Of a stretch of DNA of 17,550 nucleotides, positions 8,809-17,417 are shown piece by piece. The DNA is from an uncultured archaeon (lineage in GTDB: Archaea > Asgardarchaeota > Lokiarchaeia > Sigyniarchaeales > SOKP01). The notes beneath the pieces are model-generated. The model saw nothing but the letters and a program-made list of their open reading frames with translations, did not search any database and was not told where the DNA came from. The DNA is taken from positions 1 through 17,550 of the forward strand of contig CAYUTF010000072.1 in the NCBI GenBank assembly GCA_964447495.1. The letters are read 5' to 3'. Numbering within the stretch: position 1 is the first letter of the stretch; every line of letters starts with the position of its first letter. The position numbers and the translations under genes are program-made.

Positions 8809-8923
8809 GTAACTATTTTTAAATTTTTATTTTTGAAATATATATTATTTTTCTTGTGAAAGAATGGAACAATCAATAAAAATAAATAAAGATTCTCACA
8901 TTATTCATATATAATTTTATCAA

Positions 8924-10291
8924 ATGTCTAAAACAAATCGATTTATGTCTGATGCTAAAATGTTAAGAAAACCATCAATTAATTCGGAGGAATTCATCTT
9001 TTACATTGATCTTATTTCAGATTTCCTTAAAAAAAAGACACTTGTTAAGGGCATTAATTCTTTTATTAAAGAGAAAAATAATTTTAATATTTTAACCTCT
9101 TATGGATTAGTCATCTTTCAAGATGATGATAATCCTATTACACTCTATGATGAAAAAGATTCTGATGTAATACTTGATCATTTAAATGATAAATGGGAAA
9201 CGCGTGAGAAAAATCATAGCTTTCTGGAAAATGGTTTATTTGAAATCTTAGCATACATCTTTCGAAAAAGTCAACAATCTAGAAAAAATTATCGTGTAAT
9301 TGTTGTTTCAGATGTTCCGAGTACCTTATCTGAAGATTACCATAATGCTCTCTACGATTTATTAATTAAAGCTAGAAATTTCTATGCATTTATTGATATT
9401 ATTCGTGTTGGAGACGACAAATTTTATGATGATGATGTAAAGTTAAAGGTGATTTCTTCTGAAACTCATAGCGGTGTTTTTTACTGTAATGATCCAAAAC
9501 TTTTTCCTAATATTTTAGGGTCATTAGTACAAAATAAAACCGAGTTTAATGTCATACAACCTGATGAAGAAAATCCTATATTAATAGAAGATAAAATCTT
9601 TTATGAGAAGTTAGCCGTTGACTTAATATCACTTGATTCAGAGGATAAAGAGATTTGTGATATTTGCCAACAAGAATTATGCCCAATATGTGAAGCACAT
9701 TCGGATGAGGTACATAAATGCTTCAATTGTAATGCGAAATATCACACATGTTGCGCAGCAAACTATTCGATAAATAATAACATTGGATTTATGCATTTAT
9801 TTAGATGTATCCAATGTGACACTTTACTAAAATTAGACGAAGATTTTGTAAATTTAGTATATGAAGAAGAATATGGAGAAGAAACTCAGGAGCAGTTAGA
9901 TGAAGAACAAATCCTAATCACAGGAGACGAGGAAGTGGATTATGATGAAGAAATATACGAAGAGCATTATACAGGACCTATTCTTTCAGTAGAAAATCCG
10001 ATGGAAGAAGGACCAGTAGAACTTGAAGTAATACCCGAAAAGAAGGTAAGGATAGGAGGTTATTTTGGACAAGAAATAACAATTAAACCGAAAAATAATG
10101 GACATGATAATACTTTAAAAGTAATAGACACAGTAGTTAACGTTCGTGGAGAGTCTCCTCCAGTTAAAAAACCCATTTCGATAACATCTCTTAAACCACC
10201 TAAAAGAACAACTATTAAATTGTGTAAAATATGTGGTACCACAATTACAAGTGTTCAAATTTGTCCAAATTGTGGTGCACGCGTAGATTAA
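8924..10291 (+). CDS. vWA-like domain + RING/PHD-like Cys-rich finger + acidic linker + C-terminal Zn ribbon (paralog 2)
   Basis: Collinear with 7495-8808 (FIFYID, YGLVIFQ, ENGLF, RVIVVSD, FIDIIRV, DDVKL); identically spaced Cys10His2 cluster at 9656-9817; terminal CKIC...CPNC. Confidence 0.75.
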   Translation: MSKTNRFMSDAKMLRKPSINSEEFIFYIDLISDFLKKKTLVKGINSFIKEKNNFNILTSYGLVIFQDDDNPITLYDEKDSDVILDHLNDKWETREKNHSFLENGLFEILAYIFRKSQQSRKNYRVIVVSDVPSTLSEDYHNALYDLLIKARNFYAFIDIIRVGDDKFYDDDVKLKVISSETHSGVFYCNDPKLFPNILGSLVQNKTEFNVIQPDEENPILIEDKIFYEKLAVDLISLDSEDKEICDICQQELCPICEAHSDEVHKCFNCNAKYHTCCAANYSINNNIGFMHLFRCIQCDTLLKLDEDFVNLVYEEEYGEETQEQLDEEQILITGDEEVDYDEEIYEEHYTGPILSVENPMEEGPVELEVIPEKKVRIGGYFGQEITIKPKNNGHDNTLKVIDTVVNVRGESPPVKKPISITSLKPPKRTTIKLCKICGTTITSVQICPNCGARVD

Positions 10292-10329
10292 CCTGATATT
10301 AGGGTAAAAGAAATGACTTTTTAAATTCC

Positions 10330-10362
10330 AATAGAATTAAAATAATGATACGCTATTCTATT
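10330..10362. promoter_or_regulatory. Inverted repeat AATAGAAT-N17-ATTCTATT just before the DMT start codon
   Basis: Arms at 10330-10337 and 10355-10362, downstream of a TTTTTAAA TATA-like element (10318-10325). The same arms recur at 13701-13731. Confidence 0.5.
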
Positions 10363-10364
10363 TA

Positions 10365-11288
10365 ATGACTTCTTTAGGATTTAAATCATTAAGAGTTACC
10401 CCTACAATCTCCAAAATATCAATGCTAACTTCAGGCATTTGCATGGGGAGTGTTGGTCTTTTTATTACGCTCTTAAACGGTTATTCAATTTATTCAATAA
10501 TATTTTTTCGGGGACTTTTTGGAACAATTTTCCTCACCATTTTAATGATAATTACCAAATCGTTTTCGATTAGTTTCATTTCTGAATCTTTTAGACGCTA
10601 CTGGAAATATCTTCTAATCGTTGCTATAACAAATCCCTTGGTTATATTCTTCTACTTTTGGAATATTCAACTATCAGGATCAGCATTCGCAGCGTTTTTG
10701 CTTTATACTAGTGGTTTGTTCCTCCTTATTTTTCTCACTATAACTAAAGAAGAAAAAATTTCTAAATTAAATTATATCTGCTTTATTCTCGCAATTATTG
10801 GAGTTTCCATTATAATGGAGTTTTGGACAGAAAACTTTTTCTCATTTGGGATAATAATTGGTTTACTTTCGGGTTTAAACTTAGGAATTTTGATATTTTC
10901 TAAGAAAAAAATCTATAATCATCGAAGGAAAAATCAATCAGTATTACGTAAAGAAGGAAATTTTGACGTTTTGTTAACGTGGTGGTCAACCTTATTTTTA
11001 ATAATTATCTTTTTTCCAATGGGTTTTAATGATCTATTCAGATTTACACTTAATGATTTACTCTTTAGTTTATTATTAGGCTTTTTTCCCACGGCCTTTG
11101 CTTTTACTCTCTATAACATTGGCGTGAAAAATGATAAGGGAGGGAATATCATAATTCTTTCTTATTCTGAAATTGTAGTATCCGTGATTGTAAACTTATT
11201 CTTTTTCCCCAAGCTTTCCATCTTTACGATTATTGGTGGAAGTTTTGTGTTATTAGCCAATGCATTAGTACTAAAGTATTCTAAATAA
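10365..11288 (+). CDS. DMT/EamA family transporter
   Basis: ~10 TM helices in two repeats; IIFFRGLFG, AAFLLYT..LF, KEEKIS, LGFFPTAFAFTLY, ILSYSEIV, IIGG motifs. Confidence 0.9.
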   Translation: MTSLGFKSLRVTPTISKISMLTSGICMGSVGLFITLLNGYSIYSIIFFRGLFGTIFLTILMIITKSFSISFISESFRRYWKYLLIVAITNPLVIFFYFWNIQLSGSAFAAFLLYTSGLFLLIFLTITKEEKISKLNYICFILAIIGVSIIMEFWTENFFSFGIIIGLLSGLNLGILIFSKKKIYNHRRKNQSVLRKEGNFDVLLTWWSTLFLIIIFFPMGFNDLFRFTLNDLLFSLLLGFFPTAFAFTLYNIGVKNDKGGNIIILSYSEIVVSVIVNLFFFPKLSIFTIIGGSFVLLANALVLKYSK

Positions 11289-11373
11289 CTATCAAATTGT
11301 TTTTTTTCAATGCAATATTAATAATATTACTCTTAAACTAAATTATTGAATTTTAACATATTTGAGTCTTATT

Positions 11374-12090
11374 ATGCATGAAAATAATGAAGAAGAGATT
11401 TCGAGAATAAAAGAACTTGAAAGTATAAACCTAGCTTCACCCGAAATACGAGATTCAGTGGTATCGACTAAAAAAAGTATCGAAAAGGAAAATGAACTGT
11501 TAGCTTCGAAAATTAACACTACTCTCAAAACTCATAATATTAAATCGTTTGATATTGTAGGTGCTATTGGCGCAGGAAAAACGGAAATCATTTCTCAAAT
11601 TGTAGAAAAATTATATACAAAATATAAAATATTGGTAATATGTGGTGATATTATTACTCGAGTTGATGCAAATAGAATAGAAGCTCATAATGCTGATACC
11701 GTACAAATAAATACTGGGCGAGAATGCGCGTTAAATGCATATCATATTCACCAAATTATAAAAAATAAAGATTTAAACAAATATGATCTCTTATTTATTG
11801 AAAATGTAGGCAATCTTATCTGCCCTTCTGATTTTATATTAGGAACAGATAAGAGAATAGTAGTTGTCTCTATAACAGAAGGAGAATGGGTAATTGAGAA
11901 ACATCCAATGCTTTTTAAAATGTCTGATATAGCAGTGATTAATAAAATTGATTTAAAAGAACGTCTAGGCACTAACGTAGATAAAATGATAAATGATGCG
12001 AAAAGGATTAACCCGAATATTGAGATTATTACTACCAGTGCAAAAAAAGACACTAATATAGATAAATTGATATCTCATATGGGACTTTAG
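11374..12090 (+). CDS. hypB: Hydrogenase nickel incorporation GTPase HypB
   Basis: P-loop GAIGAGKT, QINTGRECAL, FIENVGNLICPSDF, SITEG, KHP, NKIDL. ATG at 11374 preferred (ORF track start is TTG 11362). Confidence 0.93.
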   Translation: MHENNEEEISRIKELESINLASPEIRDSVVSTKKSIEKENELLASKINTTLKTHNIKSFDIVGAIGAGKTEIISQIVEKLYTKYKILVICGDIITRVDANRIEAHNADTVQINTGRECALNAYHIHQIIKNKDLNKYDLLFIENVGNLICPSDFILGTDKRIVVVSITEGEWVIEKHPMLFKMSDIAVINKIDLKERLGTNVDKMINDAKRINPNIEIITTSAKKDTNIDKLISHMGL

Positions 12091-12126
12091 AGGAGTTAAT
12101 TAAATTAAAAGCCAAATTGATTTATA

Positions 12127-12546
12127 ATGAAGGAAGAATTAAAGAAAATTGAATTGTTATTAGAAAATCCGAATAAGATACAAGAAGTTGCGCTGAAAAA
12201 TATATTGAAATCGTTATTTCCAAAGATATCAAATCATATTGATAATTATATAGGAGACTATCCCACATTTATTGAACCTGTATATTTAGCAGAAAATGTT
12301 CAGATAGGAGACGACGTTCTTCTTGGTCCAAATGTATATATTGGGTCTAATGTGAAGATTGGTAATTATGTTGAACTTTCAAATACAATTATTTTTGATA
12401 ATGTGTCCATTGGAAATAACTTTAAATTGGAAAATTGTCTAATTGCTCCAAATTCTCATCTCAATTTTGAAAATTTTAAATGTAAATCAAGTGTTCTCAT
12501 TGGAGATGCTGCTTCTGAGAAGGACTTGCGAAAAATTATCTTTTAG
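12127..12546 (+). CDS. Stand-alone left-handed beta-helix (hexapeptide repeat) protein resembling the C-terminal domain of NDP-sugar pyrophosphorylases
   Basis: PVYLAENVQIGDDVLLGPNVYIGSNVKIGNYVELSNTIIFDNVSIG hexapeptide periodicity; no nucleotidyltransferase domain. Confidence 0.8.
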   Translation: MKEELKKIELLLENPNKIQEVALKNILKSLFPKISNHIDNYIGDYPTFIEPVYLAENVQIGDDVLLGPNVYIGSNVKIGNYVELSNTIIFDNVSIGNNFKLENCLIAPNSHLNFENFKCKSSVLIGDAASEKDLRKIIF

Positions 12547-12548
12547 CT

Positions 12549-13388
12549 ATGAATGTGATTATTATGAAGCAGTATAAGAAATTTTTTGATGCAAATTTAA
12601 AACGCTGGAATGAATTAGTCGATATTAATGCTAAGTCAAAATTTTATGATTTAGACGGATTTAAAGAGGGAAAAACCTCCCTTTTTTCAATTGAACGCGA
12701 AGAATTAACAGATGTAAAGGATAAAACGCTCCTTCACTTACAATGCCATTTTGGAATGGATACACTTTCATGGGCACGAATAGGTGCGAAAGTTACTGGT
12801 GTTGATTTTTCAGATAAAGCAATTAAATTAGCAAAAATGTTATGTAATGAATTACAGATTCCTGCTAATTTTATTCACTCAAATATTTATGATTTACCTA
12901 AGGTTTTAGATGAAAAATTTGATATAGTATTTACTTCCTGTGGAGTAATTGGGTGGTTACCTGATTTATATGCATGGGCGCAAATCATTAACCATTATTT
13001 AAAACCTGGTGGTATTTTTTATATTGTTGATAATCATCCATTTGGAAATTTAATTGATGAGAAGTTCAAAGAAGAATTCCGAATAGGTTACGATTACTTC
13101 AATGAAGGGAAACCTAATCGTTTTGATGATGATGGTGCTTATGTTGATACAAGGATTCAAATTGAAAATAAAACAACATACGATTGGTTTCATCCAATGG
13201 GGGATATCATTAATTCTCTCCTTGAAGTTAATTTTGAAATTCTATTTTTGCATGAGTTCCCCTTTTCTTTCTTTCAAATTCACCCCGATATGAAACAACG
13301 TGAAGATGGCTATTGGGAGTTTCAAACATTTAAGCATTCAATTCCTATGATGTTTTCATTGAAAGCAAAAAAAAAGAATCATCTCTAA
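12549..13388 (+). CDS. Class I SAM-dependent methyltransferase
   Basis: LLHLQCHFGMDTLS (motif I variant), VTGVDFS, FDIVFTS, LKPGGIFY. Confidence 0.92.
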   Translation: MNVIIMKQYKKFFDANLKRWNELVDINAKSKFYDLDGFKEGKTSLFSIEREELTDVKDKTLLHLQCHFGMDTLSWARIGAKVTGVDFSDKAIKLAKMLCNELQIPANFIHSNIYDLPKVLDEKFDIVFTSCGVIGWLPDLYAWAQIINHYLKPGGIFYIVDNHPFGNLIDEKFKEEFRIGYDYFNEGKPNRFDDDGAYVDTRIQIENKTTYDWFHPMGDIINSLLEVNFEILFLHEFPFSFFQIHPDMKQREDGYWEFQTFKHSIPMMFSLKAKKKNHL

Positions 13389-13438
13389 ATTGCGATCTTA
13401 GTTGTATTTTACTATACACATTTCACTCTAATCGTGAA

Positions 13439-13561
13439 ATGTTTATTGAATATGTTGGCAATTTAATCTGTCCTTCAGATTTCATTTTAGGTACAGATAA
13501 ACGAATTGTAATTGTATCTATTACTGAAGGAGAATGGGTCATTGAAAATAAGAATTATTAA
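13439..13561 (+). pseudogene. hypB: hypB internal fragment (40-codon ORF, below the ORF-track cutoff)
   Basis: Translates MFIEYVGNLICPSDFILGTDKRIVIVSITEGEWVIENKNY*; 13442-13546 matches hypB 11794-11898 at 33 of 35 residues. Confidence 0.9.
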
Positions 13562-13696
13562 AATCTAATTTTTTGTTTTTTCAAAGTTCTGCAGTGATAT
13601 TACCACTTAAAATAAAAAAATAAAATTTATCTTTATTTTTTAATCAACTAGAAGCTAGTCAACATTAACTTACTTCCATTTATCTCTAATTTATAA

Positions 13697-13735
13697 TTTT
13701 AATAGAATAAGCTTATATAAAAAATTCTATTAAAA
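13697..13735. promoter_or_regulatory. 12-bp perfect inverted repeat bracketing a TATA box, upstream of the small membrane protein/ABC unit
   Basis: TTTTAATAGAAT (13697-13708), 15-nt spacer containing TTATATAA (13713-13720), ATTCTATTAAAA (13724-13735). Confidence 0.55.
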
Positions 13736-13785
13736 ATAATAATATAAACCTAAAAAGTATAAAAAAAGCAAAAGAGGTACGAAAT

Positions 13786-13986
13786 ATGGCATTGTTCTGG
13801 AATTATAAAGCAAGGTTCATATTAGGGGGATGTATTGTTACAATTATAAGCGTTATATTGCTCATTATACGCCCTGATTTATTCATTTCTTATGTACTAA
13901 TTGTGATCGGAATAATTGCTTTAGTGATCGGGTTAATTTGGAAATCTAAACCTAAAGAGAAACCAGATGATAAGAGCACGAACTGA
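13786..13986 (+). CDS. Small two-TM membrane protein
   Basis: Two hydrophobic helices and a charged tail; GAGGT SD-like site 7 nt before ATG. Confidence 0.75.
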   Translation: MALFWNYKARFILGGCIVTIISVILLIIRPDLFISYVLIVIGIIALVIGLIWKSKPKEKPDDKSTN

Positions 13987-14092
13987 TAGATTTTCTCTGA
14001 CATTATGAAAATTACAATTTATCAATTATTATTTGAAATTTTATAAAAGAAAAAAATGAAAATTTAACGAACAACTTAATAGGTACATAATA

Positions 14093-15010
14093 ATGATTAA
14101 AATTGAAAATTTGACCAAGAATTATGGAAAACTGACAGCTGTTGATAACATTTCATTGCAAATTGAAGAAGGTGAAGTATTTGGTTTGCTTGGTCCTAAT
14201 GGTGCCGGTAAGACAACCACAATTAGGGTATTATGTTGCCTTATATCTAAAACGAGTGGTACTGCAACTTTAAATGATTTGTCAATTGATAACAATAAGG
14301 ACAAACTTGAAATTCGTAAAATGATCGGATTCTTACCGGATAATGTGGGCCTTTATGAAAGTATGACCGCCTATAAAAATTTGGATTTCTATGCAAAACT
14401 TTATCAGGTTCCTAAAAATAAACGAAAAGAACGGATTGAATATTATTTGAAAATGCTAGATTTATGGGAGAAAAAAAATGTGGTTGTAGGCACATTTTCC
14501 AAAGGAATGAAGCAAAAATTAGCTATTGTTCGAACATTGGTCCATGAACCAAAATTCTTGTTTATGGATGAACCGACGGCAAGTTTGGATCCAGAAGCGA
14601 CTAAGATGGTGAGAGACTTTATCCTTGAATTGAAAAAAGAAAAGCGGACTATTTTTTTAAATACGCATATGCTCGATGAGGCAGAACGAATCTGCGATCG
14701 CGTGGGAATTTTGAATACCCATCTAATAGCCATCGGATCTCCCGATGAATTACGCCATTCTTTGTGGGGAAAGAAATCTGTTGTAGTAGTGGATGCAGTT
14801 ACAGATAATATCCTCAAAAGTATAAAATCTCTTGGATTCGAAAAAATTGAAGTAGATAATAACAAAATAACCATTGACGTTAATGATCCTCGCAAAGATA
14901 ATTCTCCCATTACCCGCGCAATATTAGATGCGGGTGGACAAATTCAAACTATTTCAGAGCTTGTTCCAAGCTTAGAAGATATTTATTTGAAAGAAATTAG
15001 GAGGAAATAG
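14093..15010 (+). CDS. ABC-2 type exporter ATP-binding subunit
   Basis: Walker A GPNGAGKTT, signature FSKGMKQK, Walker B FLFMDEPT, H-loop NTH. Confidence 0.95.
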   Translation: MIKIENLTKNYGKLTAVDNISLQIEEGEVFGLLGPNGAGKTTTIRVLCCLISKTSGTATLNDLSIDNNKDKLEIRKMIGFLPDNVGLYESMTAYKNLDFYAKLYQVPKNKRKERIEYYLKMLDLWEKKNVVVGTFSKGMKQKLAIVRTLVHEPKFLFMDEPTASLDPEATKMVRDFILELKKEKRTIFLNTHMLDEAERICDRVGILNTHLIAIGSPDELRHSLWGKKSVVVVDAVTDNILKSIKSLGFEKIEVDNNKITIDVNDPRKDNSPITRAILDAGGQIQTISELVPSLEDIYLKEIRRK

Positions 15011-15014
15011 GGAA

Positions 15015-15752
15015 ATGAATACTAAAAATGTTTGGACGATAACTTCAAAAGATATTGGTCTTTTTATTAAAAAAAAATGGATACTTTATGCCGCATTAAT
15101 TTTACCGTTAGCTCTTTCAATCGGGTTACCCTTAATAGTTTTGTATGTTATAAATAACAGAACTCTTCCCGATATATCGGCAATATTTCCGATATTTAAT
15201 GCATTTTCGTTTTTTTTCATGGTTCTTTCTGCGATAATTCCAACTGTTATCGCATCTTACAGTTTTGTAGGGGAAAAAACTGAAAAAACTCTTGAACCCT
15301 TATTAGCAACTCCAACTACTGATGATGAAATCTTACTCGGGAAGAGTTTAGCGGCATTTCTGCCTGTAATAATTATGATATTTATTGCTGCTGCTATATT
15401 CACGGTCCTGATGGATATTTTTACTGGCGCTAAAGTTGGTTATCCTTATTTCCCAAACTTGAACTTTATGATTCTGATATTTTTAAACTCTCCACTAGCA
15501 TGCGTTATGAGTATAGAATTAAGTATCATAATCTCCTCTCGCATGAGTGATATCCGCTCAGCCCAACAATTATCTGGACTCTCAATGGTTCCATTCATTG
15601 TATTATATCTTCTTATCGAAATTAATGTCATTACGCTTGATGTTAATACCTTACTTATAATTGCCGGAATTATTGCCGTAATTGATGTTTGCTTGTTTTT
15701 ACTCAGTCGAGCTGTATTTAAACGTGAAGAGATCTTAACGAAATGGAAATAA
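15015..15752 (+). CDS. ABC-2 type exporter permease
   Basis: Six TM helices; SFVGEKTEKTLEPLLATP...ILLGK motif; 4 nt downstream of the ATPase gene. Confidence 0.93.
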   Translation: MNTKNVWTITSKDIGLFIKKKWILYAALILPLALSIGLPLIVLYVINNRTLPDISAIFPIFNAFSFFFMVLSAIIPTVIASYSFVGEKTEKTLEPLLATPTTDDEILLGKSLAAFLPVIIMIFIAAAIFTVLMDIFTGAKVGYPYFPNLNFMILIFLNSPLACVMSIELSIIISSRMSDIRSAQQLSGLSMVPFIVLYLLIEINVITLDVNTLLIIAGIIAVIDVCLFLLSRAVFKREEILTKWK

Positions 15753-15759
15753 AAAAATT

Positions 15760-15776
15760 AATTTTTTTTCTTTTCT
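15760..15776 (+). terminator. Oligo-T tract, candidate archaeal intrinsic terminator of the ABC unit
   Basis: T8-c-T4 run within 25 nt of the permease stop codon. Confidence 0.45.
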
Positions 15777-16040
15777 AAATTCTCCCTACAGTGATATTTT
15801 TAACTGCTTATTTCCGCTGATGATCTAACTTATCTATTTTAAGATATTTAATTAATAGCAAGGGATTTTTAGGAGAAACACTTGCTATTTTATACTTTAA
15901 GCTTACAAATTATCTTCCAAATGCGTACATAATCTAAAGTTATTTCACTTGAATGGGAATATTATGGGATAAAATTACAGTAAGCTTTTTCAATTCACAT
16001 AAACTTATTCATTTAATTAAAAATTTTTGTGAAAAAGAAT

Positions 16041-17417
16041 ATGAAGGGACCTGTAGAACCGTTTAAAATTAAAATGATAGAGCATGTCGGAATGCCGGAT
16101 GAAAATAGGAGAAAAGAAGCCATTAGAGAAGCTGGTTTCAATACTTTTTTATTAAAATCCGAAGATGTGTTTATTGATCTACTTACTGATTCTGGAACAT
16201 CTGCAATGTCAGACAATCAATGGGCAGGTTTGATGTTGGGGGATGAAGCATATGCTGGCGCCCGAAACTTTTATAATTTAGAAAAATCAGTACAAGACGT
16301 GCTTGGATACAAATACATGGTTCCAACTCATCAAGGACGTGGCGCTGAACATTTAATGTACAGTCATTTGGTCAAACCGGGACAGATTGTTCCACGGAAT
16401 ATGTACTTTACCACCTCAAAATTGCATGTGGAATTACCAGGAGGAAAAATGGTTGACAGCATTATTGATGAGGCACATGATCCCGAGAATGAGCATCCAT
16501 TCAAAGGTAATTTTGACTTTAAGAAATTACAGGCATTTATTGATGAGTATGGATTGGATAAAATCTCTTTTGTTAATGTTGAAATGGACGTTAATATGGC
16601 TGGAGGACAACCCATTTCAATGGAGAATTTACGCAAGTTAAGAGAATTCTGTAATGATTACAAATTGAAAATTATTTACGATGCTACGCGCTCCAGTGAA
16701 AATGCTTACTTCATTCGAGAGCGGGAAAAAGGATATGAAAATACCCCAATTATTGATATCTTGAGAGAAATGATGAGCTATTCCGATGGGTGTATATACA
16801 GCTCAAAAAAAGATTGCTTAGTTAATATTGGTGGTTTTCTTGCAACAAATGATGAAGAAATCTTTGAAGCAACGCGCAATATGGTCGTAGTTTACGAAGG
16901 ATTACATACTTATGGGGGAATGGCGGGTAGAGACATGGAAGCCCTTGCCCGAGGGCTCAGGGAAGGTGCGGAATACAATTATTTAAAATATAGAATAAAT
17001 CAAGTCCGATATCTAGGCAAGTTGCTTATGGAAGCAGGAGTACCTATAGTAAAACCGACAGGAGGTCATGCAGTATTTTTAAACGCCTTGAAATTCTTAC
17101 CCCACGTTCGACGTGAACAATGGCCAGCTCAAACGTTAGCAGCAGCGATTTATGAAGACTCTGCTGTACGAAGTATGGAGCGAGGGGCAATTTCAAAGGG
17201 ACGTGATAAGGAAACAGGAGAAAATATCTTTCCGAAACTGGAGTTAGTAAGATTAACAATCCCACGGAGAGTATATACGAACACACATATGGAGTATACC
17301 GCAGAATCAGTAATCCGTCTTTATGAAAAGCGTGATACCATTCGAGGGTTAAAAATGGTATACGAGCCAAAATATTTACGATTCTTTCAAGCGAGATTTG
17401 AGAAAATTTCTCTTTAA
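16041..17417 (+). CDS. tpl: Tyrosine phenol-lyase (PLP-dependent beta-eliminating lyase)
   Basis: EPFKIK, IDLLTDSGT, GDEAYAG, PTHQGRGAE, SSKKD (PLP Lys). NMYFTT, SMERG and LRFF are TPL-type, whereas tryptophanase has FDTT, EIGS and LRHF. ATG 16041 gives an N-terminus collinear with known TPLs (ORF track start is GTG 16029). Confidence 0.88.
   Translation: MKGPVEPFKIKMIEHVGMPDENRRKEAIREAGFNTFLLKSEDVFIDLLTDSGTSAMSDNQWAGLMLGDEAYAGARNFYNLEKSVQDVLGYKYMVPTHQGRGAEHLMYSHLVKPGQIVPRNMYFTTSKLHVELPGGKMVDSIIDEAHDPENEHPFKGNFDFKKLQAFIDEYGLDKISFVNVEMDVNMAGGQPISMENLRKLREFCNDYKLKIIYDATRSSENAYFIREREKGYENTPIIDILREMMSYSDGCIYSSKKDCLVNIGGFLATNDEEIFEATRNMVVVYEGLHTYGGMAGRDMEALARGLREGAEYNYLKYRINQVRYLGKLLMEAGVPIVKPTGGHAVFLNALKFLPHVRREQWPAQTLAAAIYEDSAVRSMERGAISKGRDKETGENIFPKLELVRLTIPRRVYTNTHMEYTAESVIRLYEKRDTIRGLKMVYEPKYLRFFQARFEKISL

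Noticed and set aside
13442-13546. hypB fragment as a diversity-generating retroelement template/variable repeat
   Set aside because: Mismatches are not confined to adenines of one copy, fall mostly at third codon positions, and no reverse transcriptase is in the window.
15801-15830. Fluoride-riboswitch-like segment (TAACTGC...GCTGATGA)
   Set aside because: The 5' GGnGAUG stem and pseudoknot partner are missing, and the downstream gene is tpl, not a fluoride exporter.
4573-17370. Other short overlapping ORFs (4573, 6601, 8159, 10060, 11343, 11748, 13102, 14122, 14443, 15446, 16013, 16364, 16387, 17044)
   Set aside because: All lie antisense to or out of frame within well-supported genes and show no independent coding signal.
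16029-17417. Tryptophanase (tnaA) call
   Set aside because: The diagnostic positions (FTT, ERG, LRFF) are TPL-type.
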